From positions 1 to 27,573 of IMG/VR virus record IMGVR_UViG_3300005286_000512: 27,573 bases of DNA; one strand, given 5' to 3'. Made by a program: the position numbers and the translations under genes. Below, one piece after another: positions 7,830-16,755 of the stretch. The DNA comes from a virus. Lineage: Duplodnaviria > Caudoviricetes. Position 1 is the stretch's first letter. Each line of letters begins with the position of its first letter. The notes beneath the pieces are model-generated. The model ran no database searches, was not told the DNA's origin, and saw only the letters and a program-made list of their open reading frames with translations.

Positions 7830-9040
7830 CGCAGGCCTTCGGCGTTGATGCGCACCACTTCCTGGAACGCCGTCCACACGCGGCCGCCTTTCGTGAGTTC
7901 CAGCTCGAGCGTGAGATTGCGATTCGAGCGCCCCTGCATCGCCCAGCGCATGTTCGTGCTGTCGAGATCCAACTCGTAGCTCTTGCCCGCTCCGAAGACG
8001 AGCGTCTCCGCGCTGATCTCGAGATCCTCGGGCGGAAGCGACTTGTCGAGAACGATCTCGTAGCGAAACCACTCCGGTCCCGCCTCCAGCTGCGTCACGG
8101 TCACATTGCCCTCGCCGATGCCGGAGAGTTCTTCGAGCGCGGAGCGGATCTCGTCCGCCGTCGCGTTGAAGGAAAGCGGTCCCGTCTGCTCCTCGTCAAA
8201 GCTCAGGAAATAGGTGCCCCGGTAGCAGCACGGGCCAATCACGAGACTCCAGATCGCGGCCTCCTCGTCCTGCACGCCGAGATGCACGTTGTCGATCATC
8301 TCAGACGGATCGGGCACCGTGATCGCCGTCGCGCTCGTCGTGATCGCCGGCGGATCCGGCTTCAGCCACAGCGTGAAGAGCACGTCCGTCTCGACCTCAT
8401 TACCCGCCTGCAGCACGTCCACGACGGCCGAGGAATCCGGGTAAAGCCCATCGGTGATCACCGCCGGCGTGTATTCGCGCTTCTGCGAGCCGCGAAAGAG
8501 CAGCAACCCGCTCTTGTCGTCCTTCGTAACCGTGAAGGTCACCGGCAGATTCTCCTTGCCCAGCTTCGCGGCATTCACGGCGGACTGGATTTCCGTCGGC
8601 GTAGCCGTGGCGGAGATCGGCGCCGTCACGCGGCAGACCGCGCTGTTGTGCGACCAGTCGGCCGGCGTCGTGCCCGTCGCCTGGAAGATCGTGCCGGTCG
8701 CATTGCCGCCACCGACGTTCGAGAAGTCGTCGCCGGCCTGGTAGAAGACGATCTCATACCAGTCACCCACGACCAGCGCCGCATTGTTGAACGTGGCGGT
8801 GTCCCGGTTCGAGAGCTGGAAGACGCCACCGCTCGCGGCGTTGGACTTCATGTCGGGAATCGTGAGCCCCAGCCGCACGGTCGTGGTGCCGTCGGCGTAG
8901 TCCGGATCGTCCGAGTAGATTCGGAATCGCACTTTCTTGTCCCCCTCGACGAGGGCCGCCACGCGGGCGCCCTGCCGGTTTGACAAGTCGGTCAGCAATT
9001 CGTCTTCCTGCTGCCCAAAGAATAGGACGCGATCAGCCAT
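7826..9040 (-). CDS. Tail structural protein, 404 aa (start MADRVLFF)
   Basis: Two T.P(I/L)S..AT..EI.SA repeats; TTGACA box upstream. Confidence 0.7.
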   Translation of the reverse strand: MADRVLFFGQQEDELLTDLSNRQGARVAALVEGDKKVRFRIYSDDPDYADGTTTVRLGLTIPDMKSNAASGGVFQLSNRDTATFNNAALVVGDWYEIVFYQAGDDFSNVGGGNATGTIFQATGTTPADWSHNSAVCRVTAPISATATPTEIQSAVNAAKLGKENLPVTFTVTKDDKSGLLLFRGSQKREYTPAVITDGLYPDSSAVVDVLQAGNEVETDVLFTLWLKPDPPAITTSATAITVPDPSEMIDNVHLGVQDEEAAIWSLVIGPCCYRGTYFLSFDEEQTGPLSFNATADEIRSALEELSGIGEGNVTVTQLEAGPEWFRYEIVLDKSLPPEDLEISAETLVFGAGKSYELDLDSTNMRWAMQGRSNRNLTLELELTKGGRVWTAFQEVVRINAEGLR

Positions 9041-9055
9041 TTCGGCTCGGCGCAC

Positions 9056-9061
9056 TGTCAA
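9056..9061 (-). promoter_or_regulatory. TTGACA box, 15 nt before ATG 9040
   Basis: TTGACA-GTGCGCCGAGCCGAA-ATG. Confidence 0.6.
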
Positions 9062-9075
9062 CCGAGGCGACGGAC

Positions 9076-9093
9076 AGTGCGAATGTCCGCACT
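9076..9093. promoter_or_regulatory. 18-bp palindrome family site (parS/operator-like)
   Basis: AGTGCGAATGTCCGCACT, 16/18; mostly intergenic, 14 nt upstream of a TTGACA box. Confidence 0.6.
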
Positions 9094-9418
9094 ATCGACG
9101 GCTCCGCATCTCTTCAATCGCTGCTCTGAACAGCGCGCGCGCCCGGGATCCATCCACCGCGTGACCGCGCTTCGAGGCCTCCTCGAGGATCCAGCCCACG
9201 ATCGTCGCCCGCCGTCGCCAGCAACCCCACCAGCCCCAGCCGTTCATCGTGCGCCGCCGCCGGTCGCACGGCACGCACGCCCGCTCGCCGGAAATCGCGT
9301 GTATCACCGCCGCCAGCAGATCGCCCGGCTCCGCCCGTCTCGGGCGCTGGCAGTCGGCAAAGAGCCGCTTTTTGCGTTCGACCTCCTCAGTCGTGAGTGT
9401 ATAGCCGTTGTGCGTCAT
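9092..9418 (-). CDS. Small Cys/Trp-rich tail-region protein
   Basis: GD....I.....CxxCxRR..MN motif; ATGA overlap. Confidence 0.7.
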   Translation of the reverse strand: MTHNGYTLTTEEVERKKRLFADCQRPRRAEPGDLLAAVIHAISGERACVPCDRRRRTMNGWGWWGCWRRRATIVGWILEEASKRGHAVDGSRARALFRAAIEEMRSRR

Positions 9419-9987
9419 GCGATCGTGACCGTCGCGGAAATGGCGTATGCCTCGCCCCCGTCCAGCGTCCCGCTGTCAGAGAGATGGTGCGTGCCGACGA
9501 CTTCATTCGCCGTGACATCCGCACTGTAGAGCTCGAGCACGTCCACGACGCCCGTGGTCCGGCAGCGCACCCGGATCGTGTAGACGCAGCGGCCATCTTC
9601 GTTCGTCGTGCCCGCGATCTCGACCGTCAACCAGGCGGGAAATTCATCGGAACTCGACGGTCCGCAGGGCGGATCCGGATCCGGCGAGTCGATGTCGATC
9701 TTGTTCGAACCGTGCGCCGGCGCGGGATCGCCAAAGTCGCTCACAAACGAGAAAACCGAGCACGTCCCGCAGCAGTATTCCTCCGCGTGAAACTGCCCGT
9801 TTACCGGCGAGACCCCGGAAGCCGCCTTCTCCCAGCTCGCCTCCGCCTCCGCGGCTTCGTTGATCTCGTTTCCGGAGCACACGTCCTCCCCGTGATAGCT
9901 CGCGCTCGCGACCAGCGAGACTGTGACCGAGGAGATCTTCGACTCATACGGCCCAAGACACCGCCCGAGAATGTTGTCGCCTGGCAT
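9415..9987 (-). CDS. Cys-rich acidic tail-region protein, 190 aa
   Basis: TGATG coupling at 9987; tail context. Confidence 0.65.
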   Translation of the reverse strand: MPGDNILGRCLGPYESKISSVTVSLVASASYHGEDVCSGNEINEAAEAEASWEKAASGVSPVNGQFHAEEYCCGTCSVFSFVSDFGDPAPAHGSNKIDIDSPDPDPPCGPSSSDEFPAWLTVEIAGTTNEDGRCVYTIRVRCRTTGVVDVLELYSADVTANEVVGTHHLSDSGTLDGGEAYAISATVTIA

Positions 9988-10577
9988 CACGTTCCCCAGA
10001 GCCACTCGCCGCCGCAATACGTGCAATAGAGCGAACCGCGCGCGATCTGCCCGATGTTCACCACACCGTCCTGCACACTGAACGTGGCGATCCTCGCAAT
10101 CCCCAACGTCTCGCTCGAGACCGGGAAGCTCGCCGCCATCGTGATCTGCCCCGTCGTCAGCGCGCCGGTCGAGCTGTTGCGATCGACCGGGCAGTAGACG
10201 ACGCCACTGCCAGACACCGGCAGAATGAGCGGCGGCGTGTCGCCGGGGTGAAAGTTCCCGGGTGTCTGATCCGCCACCCCGCCGTAGACGATCCGCACAT
10301 GCGTGCCGCCGCCGCCGTCAGCCGGCACCGCCTGCTTCACGCGCAACGGATGGTCCGGCTGCACGCCCGATGCCTCGCTCCAGATTTCGAGGCCGTCCTT
10401 TGTCACCACGCCGCGCAGCCCGCACCCTGGCGGGAAGATCGGCGCGTTTGCCCGCGCGGCGGCCAGATACTCGCGCACGAAATCGGTGTCATACCACGCC
10501 ACCCCACCCGGCGGCGGATCCGCCGGAAAGACGGTGGCTCCATTTGTGCGCGCAACCGTGCGTGCCTCCTCGCTCAT
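9987..10577 (-). CDS. Putative tail tip protein, 196 aa
   Basis: ATGA overlap; second gene after the tape measure. Confidence 0.7.
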   Translation of the reverse strand: MSEEARTVARTNGATVFPADPPPGGVAWYDTDFVREYLAAARANAPIFPPGCGLRGVVTKDGLEIWSEASGVQPDHPLRVKQAVPADGGGGTHVRIVYGGVADQTPGNFHPGDTPPLILPVSGSGVVYCPVDRNSSTGALTTGQITMAASFPVSSETLGIARIATFSVQDGVVNIGQIARGSLYCTYCGGEWLWGT

Positions 10578-11362
10578 ACGCGGCTGAGCCTCCGGAAGAA
10601 CGTGTCGTCGATGTTGCAGCCCTCCAGCGCGATCGTGCGCACCGTGCGTTGCACCGCGTTGGCCTCCAGCGCCTCGGGCGTCTGGTTGTCGGGGCTGATC
10701 CCCGGCGCGATGCCCGACAGCGCGTTGCTGATCAACGTCGCGCCCTTCACCTTGTCGCCGACGATTGAGGCCTGGAACGTCAGCGCCGCCATCACGAGCG
10801 GATTGAACGCCGTGCGACAGATCTTGTAGGGCCCGTGCCGCTCAAGCACCTCGTTGCGAAACACCGCGAGCGTGTTCGAAAAATCGTGACCCTTGAGCTT
10901 CACCAGCCGGTTGACGAGCTGTGAATTCTCCGGCTCCTGCAGGCCGTAGTGGATCGACTGCACGTAGACGACGTCGTAGTTGAGCGTGAGCGTGCGCAGG
11001 CCCTCGGCCGCGAGCTGCTGCTGGCGCCCGTCGACCGCCTCGATCCACGCGTCGGGCAGATTCGGGAAATCAAGACTCCCGATGAAGGTGGCGCGGATCC
11101 GCCCCACCCCCGACCACGACGCGACGCCATCCACCTGCCCGGGCAGCAGATACATGCCAGGCAGATTCGGGTGCTCCGCATACGGCGGGAACGATTCGCG
11201 AATCCACTGGTCCAGCTTCTCCTGCGTCTGCAGCTCGCCCTGCAGGCACGCAAACGTGCTGCTCACCAGATCCAGCCTTCCAGGACCCGCTGCCGGCATC
11301 CGCCGCCGATCGCCCATCTGCTCGAGCAGCGCGTCGGTCGTCTTTTCCCACGTGTTCGTCAT
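10574..11362 (-). CDS. Putative distal tail protein, 262 aa (start MTNTWEK)
   Basis: ATGA overlap with the tape measure stop; position. Confidence 0.65.
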   Translation of the reverse strand: MTNTWEKTTDALLEQMGDRRRMPAAGPGRLDLVSSTFACLQGELQTQEKLDQWIRESFPPYAEHPNLPGMYLLPGQVDGVASWSGVGRIRATFIGSLDFPNLPDAWIEAVDGRQQQLAAEGLRTLTLNYDVVYVQSIHYGLQEPENSQLVNRLVKLKGHDFSNTLAVFRNEVLERHGPYKICRTAFNPLVMAALTFQASIVGDKVKGATLISNALSGIAPGISPDNQTPEALEANAVQRTVRTIALEGCNIDDTFFRRLSRV

Positions 11363-12876
11363 GATCCCTTTCCTTTCACCACGCGCTCGGGCAGTCGCTG
11401 GTTGAGAATCGTCCACACGTCGCCGATCGTCTTGCCCGCGCCGACGGCCGCCTCCTCGCGTGCGCGAACCGCCCCGGGACTCGTCTCCCCGGCCGCGTCC
11501 TGCATCCCCTGCTGCGCCTCCGAGGGCTTCCGCCCAAAACGCTCGTCCGCCAACGCTTCGGCCGCGCTCTTCGTCCCCCGCGCCGCCGCATCCATCGTGC
11601 TCTGCCGCGCGCCAAAGCGCTGCTCCGCCAGCTGCTCTGCCGCGCCCGTGCTGCCAGCCCGGCTCGTGCGAGTCTCGCCGCCGAGACCGCGCTCCTTCCG
11701 CCGCTCCTCGCGCGCGCGATCGAGCTCCGCCCGCCGTCTCAGCTGCCGCAGCTCGCCCGGCCTCCGCACCGCCCCGCCGTGATAGGTGGGATCGTGCCCC
11801 TCCCCGCCCTCGAGATACTCGCGCAGCGCCTTCTCGCTCGGCAGCTCGTCGGGCCTCGGCTTGTTGCCACCCTTGCCCTCCCCCCCATTGCCTGGACCTT
11901 GGCCGTCATCCATATACGGCGCCGCGGATCCTCCCGGTGGCCCCGAGCCTCCTCCGCTCTCGTTCCAGATCTCCTGAAACTGCTGCTGGATCGACTCGAG
12001 CATCACCTCGCGCGCGTTCTTCGCATCCTTCGCGAAGCCCTCGAGCGCGCCCTTGAAATCGCCGCTCCTCATCGCTTCCCACGCGCGGCCCATCGCAGCC
12101 GTGAATCGCTCGATCGACGCGATCGACTCGCCGATCGCCATCGTCACCACATTCCAGCCCTTGCCGATGTATTCCAGCGGCTTTCGAGCCGCCGCAAGAA
12201 TCTGGCCAAAGCCAGCGACAATCTGCTGCTTCAGCCGCGTGAACATGTCGTTCACCGCTTCGATGTTCCTGATCTGCTCCTCGGTAAGCGACCCGTTCAC
12301 CTCGAGCCCGTTTCGCATCGCCTCGAGCGTCGGCAGAAGCTCCGTCCCGCTGCGGCCAAAGATTGTCATTGCCACCGCGGCTCGCTGCATCGGGTTCTCG
12401 ACGTTTGCGATCGCCACGCCGACCTTCTCGAACATCTCGTCCGGCGACATCCCGCGCAGATCCTCGATCTTCAGCCCCAGCTCCTCCACCGCCTTCGCCG
12501 CCGCGCCAGTTTCCGAGCCGAAATGGATCTCCTTCGCGAACTTGTTCGCCGCCTTCGCCGCCGTTTCCAGTGACGCGCCGGAGAGGTCCGCCGTGTGCGC
12601 GAGTTTTTGCAGGAACTCGACCGACATTCCGGTCTGCGTCGAGAGCTTTGCGATGCGATCGTAGCCGTCCGCCGCCTGCTTGAGGAAATTGGTCACCGTG
12701 CCCAGCGACACGGCCGCCAGCACCATGCTCTTGATCTCTTTCCCGATCCCGGCGAAGGCGCCCTGCTGCGCACGCACGCTCGCCCCGAGGCTGTTCATCT
12801 GCCCCTTGAGCTGCCCGACGGCACGCTGCATGTCGTCCAGTCGCGCGCGAAAATCGACTTCTACCGACTCAGCCAT
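11359..12876 (-). CDS. Tape measure protein (short, 505 aa)
   Basis: DRIAKLSTQTGMSVEFLQKL, ELGL.IEDLRGMSPDEMF, AMTIFGRSGTELLP motifs; Ala/Gly-rich helices. Confidence 0.85.
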   Translation of the reverse strand: MAESVEVDFRARLDDMQRAVGQLKGQMNSLGASVRAQQGAFAGIGKEIKSMVLAAVSLGTVTNFLKQAADGYDRIAKLSTQTGMSVEFLQKLAHTADLSGASLETAAKAANKFAKEIHFGSETGAAAKAVEELGLKIEDLRGMSPDEMFEKVGVAIANVENPMQRAAVAMTIFGRSGTELLPTLEAMRNGLEVNGSLTEEQIRNIEAVNDMFTRLKQQIVAGFGQILAAARKPLEYIGKGWNVVTMAIGESIASIERFTAAMGRAWEAMRSGDFKGALEGFAKDAKNAREVMLESIQQQFQEIWNESGGGSGPPGGSAAPYMDDGQGPGNGGEGKGGNKPRPDELPSEKALREYLEGGEGHDPTYHGGAVRRPGELRQLRRRAELDRAREERRKERGLGGETRTSRAGSTGAAEQLAEQRFGARQSTMDAAARGTKSAAEALADERFGRKPSEAQQGMQDAAGETSPGAVRAREEAAVGAGKTIGDVWTILNQRLPERVVKGKGS

Positions 12877-13657
12877 TTCCCACTCGTTTTGTCAGCTTCG
12901 CCATGCCGGCGGCGCTCTTCGTCGCCCTCTCCATGTCGCGAATGATCGCCCTCGTCTCAGCCCGCATGCTCGAGCGCACCAGGCGTGGTGCCAGGCTGCC
13001 GATCGACTTTGACGCGTTGCGCGCCGTGAATTCGATGAGCTTGCTGCTGAACCGCTCGTGATAGCTGCCGCCCTGCCCGCCGTGCCTGGCAATCCATGCC
13101 ACGCCCACCCCGCCGAGCCTCGACATCGCCGGCAACCAGCCGCCCTTTGCGATACCGACGTGCGCCTGCGGTTGCTCGAGATACGCGCGAAAGCGATCGG
13201 CCGTCGTCACCACCCGCTTCTTCGCGCCCTTTCTCACGCGCCCGCGCCGGTCGCGCTCGCGCTGATGATGCCGCCCAATCGAGCTCCCCTCCGGATCGAG
13301 CTCGAGATCGGTGAGCTCGTATTCCGTGCCGTCCTTGCGATTCAGCTTGAGATGCCCGATGTGCCGCCTCCCGCGATTCACCGTCTGCCAGAACTCGAGC
13401 ACCTCCGGCTCGACGATGGTAACGATCCGCAGCAGATCCCGACGCACCGCCGCCGCGCCCTGCTTCTGTGCCTCCGGGCCGCTGCTGCCGCGTTTTCCGG
13501 AGTGCGGCGGCGTCCAGTCCTGGATGCGCTGCATCAGCCGGCGAAAGCTCTGCCGCATCGCCTTCTCCCTCAGCTCGTCGGGCAGGATCTTCAGCAGCAT
13601 CCCGAGCGCGGAAAAGAACTTCGTCGTGTCGACGCGGATGTCGAGAAGGTCTGCCAT
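12869..13657 (-). CDS. Basic neck/tail-completion protein (HK97 gp10-like)
   Basis: Helical N-terminus ending ..DWTPP; Arg/Lys-rich; coupled to neighbours. Confidence 0.55.
   Translation of the reverse strand: MADLLDIRVDTTKFFSALGMLLKILPDELREKAMRQSFRRLMQRIQDWTPPHSGKRGSSGPEAQKQGAAAVRRDLLRIVTIVEPEVLEFWQTVNRGRRHIGHLKLNRKDGTEYELTDLELDPEGSSIGRHHQRERDRRGRVRKGAKKRVVTTADRFRAYLEQPQAHVGIAKGGWLPAMSRLGGVGVAWIARHGGQGGSYHERFSSKLIEFTARNASKSIGSLAPRLVRSSMRAETRAIIRDMERATKSAAGMAKLTKRVGNG
12890..12895 (-). promoter_or_regulatory. CTGACA variant box, 13 nt before the tape measure ATG
   Basis: CTGACA-AAACGAGTGGGAA-ATG. Confidence 0.35.
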
Positions 13658-13923
13658 CAGTCGAAGAACTGCATGTCATCCACCCCGAGCGGCTCGTCCA
13701 GATCGAGCGCTGCCCGATGTTCCGCGCGATTGTGTGCCGCCCTGGCATCCAGCAGCGCCGCATCGAGGAGCCACATCGTCTTCGCTCCCTCCCACACCAG
13801 GCTCGCGTGGATCCTCTGCAGCCCCACCGCGTAGGGAAGCCGCTTCCGAATGAACTCCCGCTCCGTCGCCCCGCCCAGCCGCGTCTCGTAAAACGCCGAC
13901 CATGCGGGGCTCGCTAGTTTCCC
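13657..13923 (-). CDS. gpT-like C-terminal extension of the tail assembly chaperone, reached by -1 frameshift
   Basis: -1 frame reads GKLASPAWSAFY...MQFFD*; no convincing start of its own. Confidence 0.75.
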   Translation of the reverse strand, partial: GKLASPAWSAFYETRLGGATEREFIRKRLPYAVGLQRIHASLVWEGAKTMWLLDAALLDARAAHNRAEHRAALDLDEPLGVDDMQFFD

Positions 13924-14402
13924 GAGTCTCGCTCCGAAGATGGCCCGTCGCCGTCGACCGACCGGAACCCGCTCGCCGCGATCTGCGCATTCACGATGCC
14001 CAGCCGCGTCCCGAGATCCTTGCACTCCGCCGCATCGAGCCGGGGATCGAGGCTTCTGGCCCATTTGTGCACCGCCTTTTGCCAGTCGCGCATGGAGAAG
14101 CTCGCGCTCCCGTCGCTGGCGAGCGGATAGGCCGCGTCGAACACGAGATCCTCGTCGGCCGTCATGATGAACAGGAACGCCATCACGTCGAAGATCCCCG
14201 CCGGTCGGCTGGAAATGATCGCGTTGTCCGTGCGCTCGAGCAGATCGACGTGATCCGCGGCCGGCAGCAGCACGTGGCCGCGCCATGTCGGCCCCACCCC
14301 GCGCATCGCCATCTCGCGCAGCGCGGCCCCACCGTCCTCCGGAAGTGCGGACGTCGGCACTCCCTCGACCTTCAGACCTTCCGACTTTCGACTTTCAGAC
14401 AC
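13914..14402 (-). CDS. Tail assembly chaperone (gpG-like)
   Basis: AGGAGGG then GTG 14402; between tail tube and tape measure genes; ends in a slippery site. Confidence 0.75.
   Translation of the reverse strand: MSESRKSEGLKVEGVPTSALPEDGGAALREMAMRGVGPTWRGHVLLPAADHVDLLERTDNAIISSRPAGIFDVMAFLFIMTADEDLVFDAAYPLASDGSASFSMRDWQKAVHKWARSLDPRLDAAECKDLGTRLGIVNAQIAASGFRSVDGDGPSSERDSGN
13917..13923 (-). other. -1 ribosomal slippery site G GGA AAC
   Basis: X XXY YYZ heptamer in frame, directly before the TAG stop. Confidence 0.8.
14344..14361. promoter_or_regulatory. 18-bp palindrome family site
   Basis: AGTGCGGACGTCGGCACT, 17/18. Confidence 0.6.
14367..14400 (+). repeat. GACCTTCA-family tandem repeat
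   Basis: GACCTTCA GACCTTCC GACTTTC GACTTTCA GAC. Confidence 0.75.
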
Positions 14403-14415
14403 TCTTCGGCCCTCC

Positions 14416-14877
14416 TTAAAACTTCGCTTCCTGCCGCAGCTCCGCGATCTTCCGCTCGTCAGCCTTTCGACCTGCGAAAAACACTCGCCGCCCACGCGTT
14501 TCGAACGACATCCCCTGCTCTTTCTTCGAGCGATTCAGCAGCGCCATCGTGTGATGCTTGTAGTTGTCGGTCGCCTTCGCAAAAAACGCGACCTGCCCGG
14601 TGCGAAAGAGCTTTCGTGCGAGCGCGTGATGCTCCTTCGGCACGAGCGCCAGCAGCTTCTCGAGCGATTCGGTGTCGGCGCGGTCCGGATTCATGAATGC
14701 GGCCTCCGCCGCCTCCAGATCGAGGTCCGGTCCCTTCTGTCCGCGCTCGAAAAAGAAGGTCCCGCGCTCGACGCCATCGATGCGGAACCACAGACAAGGG
14801 TTCTTTTTGCGCTCGAAGTGCCCGAGCGTGAAGAAGGCCGCCGCAAGGCGGCTCAGGGTGGTTTCTTTGACCTGCAT
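14416..14877 (-). CDS. Hypothetical protein, 153 aa
   Basis: Fills the gap between tail tube and chaperone genes; typical codon usage. Confidence 0.75.
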   Translation of the reverse strand: MQVKETTLSRLAAAFFTLGHFERKKNPCLWFRIDGVERGTFFFERGQKGPDLDLEAAEAAFMNPDRADTESLEKLLALVPKEHHALARKLFRTGQVAFFAKATDNYKHHTMALLNRSKKEQGMSFETRGRRVFFAGRKADERKIAELRQEAKF

Positions 14878-14904
14878 ACTTGGTCCTGTTGCGTGGTGCA
14901 GGGC

Positions 14905-15327
14905 CTACGCCCCGCCGCCGCCGCCGCCACCGCCCGAGGAGAACGGGATCGTGACGATGCGGATGTTCGACTTCATGAGCTTGCCGAATTGCACGCTCTC
15001 GCTGATGCCGCGCACGATGTGCGTGCAGCTGGAAAATGTGTGGCCCGCGATCGCGACCGCCATGGTGAGCGTGATTTCGGCGCCCACCTCGAGCTCGGTG
15101 TAGTCCTCGTTGCGCAGCGTCGTCATCGTCAGCGTGCGCTCCGCCTTGCCGGAGGTGTGCATGCCGAAGATCGCGAGATCGCCGGTGGCGGGATCGTAGG
15201 CCTCGTCCTCGCCCGTCGCGTCAATGCTCGCGTCGGATGCCTCGATGATGCCGAAATCCTCGGCCGTCACCGAAAAAACGTAGTCGCCGTCCACATCGGC
15301 GTTGCCCCAGGAATTCAGTCCCGCCAT
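14905..15327 (-). CDS. Probable major tail tube protein, 140 aa
   Basis: Acidic beta-rich protein in the tube-gene position; poly-Gly C-terminus. Confidence 0.65.
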   Translation of the reverse strand: MAGLNSWGNADVDGDYVFSVTAEDFGIIEASDASIDATGEDEAYDPATGDLAIFGMHTSGKAERTLTMTTLRNEDYTELEVGAEITLTMAVAIAGHTFSSCTHIVRGISESVQFGKLMKSNIRIVTIPFSSGGGGGGGGA

Positions 15328-15341
15328 AGCGGCAGCGCCCG

Positions 15342-15347
15342 TGTCAA
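15342..15347 (-). promoter_or_regulatory. TTGACA box, 14 nt before ATG 15327
   Basis: TTGACA-CGGGCGCTGCCGCT-ATG. Confidence 0.6.
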
Positions 15348-15370
15348 CACGCGCCGCTCGGTCGAAAGTC

Positions 15371-15434
15371 GACCTTCAGACCTTCAGACCTTCAGACCTT
15401 CAGACCTTCAGACCTTCAGACCTTCAGACCGTCA
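15371..15434 (+). repeat. Octamer tandem repeat (GACCTTCA)x7 plus one degenerate unit
   Basis: Directly visible; overlaps the stop of gene 15416..15958. Confidence 0.95.
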
Positions 15435-15958
15435 AACTGCCCGTAAGGAAGTGCTCCCTTCCAGTTCCCCGGCTGCAGCTGCGCCCGCGCGACGATGAAG
15501 GTTTTGAGCGTCTGTCCCTCCGGGCCCATAGACATCGACGGTCCGTTGAGATCCCAGACGTGAATTCCCGGCCCCGGCCGGTTGTCCGGTTCGCCTGGCA
15601 CGCGATTGAGCGCTCGCAGCACCTCCGGAGTCGCGCGAAGCCGCCGATTCCTCGGCTGCGGGACGCAGAAGATCGCCTCGAAGATGTCGGCCGCGAGCTG
15701 CTTGTGGATCCGCGGCTTCGAGTCGTGACTCGAGAGCGTGATCTGCACTGCCACGTCGAACATCACCGCTCCCTCGTCGTTGATGTCCGTGTGCGCGTCG
15801 ATCTCGAGCACGTGCCCCTCCCCCGCCATCTCCTCGTCGCTGTTGGTCACCAGGATCTGCAGCGGAAGATGCCGACGTTTCAGACGTCGTTCCAGGAAGG
15901 CGCCCAGATTCACCTCGAGCGCGTCAAAGGGCGTGCGAATCTCGGTCTTCCTCATCAC
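15416..15958 (-). CDS. Probable tail terminator protein
   Basis: Position upstream of the tail tube gene; ATGA overlap. Confidence 0.55.
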   Translation of the reverse strand: MMRKTEIRTPFDALEVNLGAFLERRLKRRHLPLQILVTNSDEEMAGEGHVLEIDAHTDINDEGAVMFDVAVQITLSSHDSKPRIHKQLAADIFEAIFCVPQPRNRRLRATPEVLRALNRVPGEPDNRPGPGIHVWDLNGPSMSMGPEGQTLKTFIVARAQLQPGNWKGALPYGQFDGLKV

Positions 15959-16302
15959 GAAACGCCCGCCATGATTTCGAAATCGAACGACAGCTCGTCC
16001 GCCGCCGATCGCGTCACCCGATACCGCCGCCCCTGAAACTCGCAGATCCAGCCCTCCGGAATCGCCGGATGCTCGTGCGTCTCAAGCGTCTCGACGAGGT
16101 CCGGGTTCGACACCCGCAATACAGTCACCGGCGCTGATCGCACCGGCACGCGCGCGCCACGCGAGTTGAGCTGATAGCCGTAGTAAAACTGCCCGACCAC
16201 CGCCTGGCATTCGATACGCCCGCGATCGCCATCCTCGAGCACGATCGTCTCGGGCGTGAGAGCGCCGGAAACCTTCGCGGCCGCCTGGATCTGCTCGATC
16301 AC
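15955..16302 (-). CDS. Probable head-closure protein (FII-like), 115 aa
   Basis: GTGA overlap; P.G....F.GRRYRV motif. Confidence 0.55.
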   Translation of the reverse strand: MIEQIQAAAKVSGALTPETIVLEDGDRGRIECQAVVGQFYYGYQLNSRGARVPVRSAPVTVLRVSNPDLVETLETHEHPAIPEGWICEFQGRRYRVTRSAADELSFDFEIMAGVS

Positions 16303-16733
16303 GCCTCTTCGCGGCGCGTGAACTTCACCCTCGGCGCGCCCGCCACCTCGCACATGCCGACGAGTTTCTTCGCCTTCGCGGGAGTCAGCACCGCAGCGGC
16401 AACGTCACGGAAACTCTTCACCGGATCGAATCGCACGACCTTCGTGAACAGCTTCGCAAACGCATCGCCCGCCACTGTGCGGATCTGGTCGATCTTTGAG
16501 GCATCGACCTTGATCGAAGGCGCCGGCCACGACACCGCCAGCGACAACAGCCCGTCCTTGCTCGCCCACTTGAACGTCTTCCCGCCACTGGCCGACACCT
16601 CGGCCGTGCCGAGGCGGTCCACCTCGGCGATGATCGCCGCCTTTCGCTGCTTGAGCTCCTCGCCCAATCGCTCGTGCTCGAGCTCGAGATTTGCGGTTTC
16701 CAGGATGTGCGCGTCGAATTCTGCCGGCTTCAT
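16299..16733 (-). CDS. Hypothetical protein with N-terminal coiled coil, 144 aa
   Basis: Clean ORF preceded by a TTGACA box. Confidence 0.75.
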   Translation of the reverse strand: MKPAEFDAHILETANLELEHERLGEELKQRKAAIIAEVDRLGTAEVSASGGKTFKWASKDGLLSLAVSWPAPSIKVDASKIDQIRTVAGDAFAKLFTKVVRFDPVKSFRDVAAAVLTPAKAKKLVGMCEVAGAPRVKFTRREEA

Positions 16734-16749
16734 GAGAAACCGGCCCGCG

Positions 16750-16755
16750 TGTCAA
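16750..16755 (-). promoter_or_regulatory. TTGACA box, 16 nt before ATG 16733
   Basis: TTGACA-CGCGGGCCGGTTTCTC-ATG. Confidence 0.6.

Noticed and set aside
8980-8985. TTGACA on the + strand
   Set aside because: Intragenic and antisense with no start codon 13-16 nt downstream; counted as background
9508-9525. Half-matches to the 18-bp palindrome (also near 26871)
   Set aside because: Only one arm matches; explainable by coding sequence
15371-15434. CRISPR array
   Set aside because: 8-nt units without spacers; no cas genes
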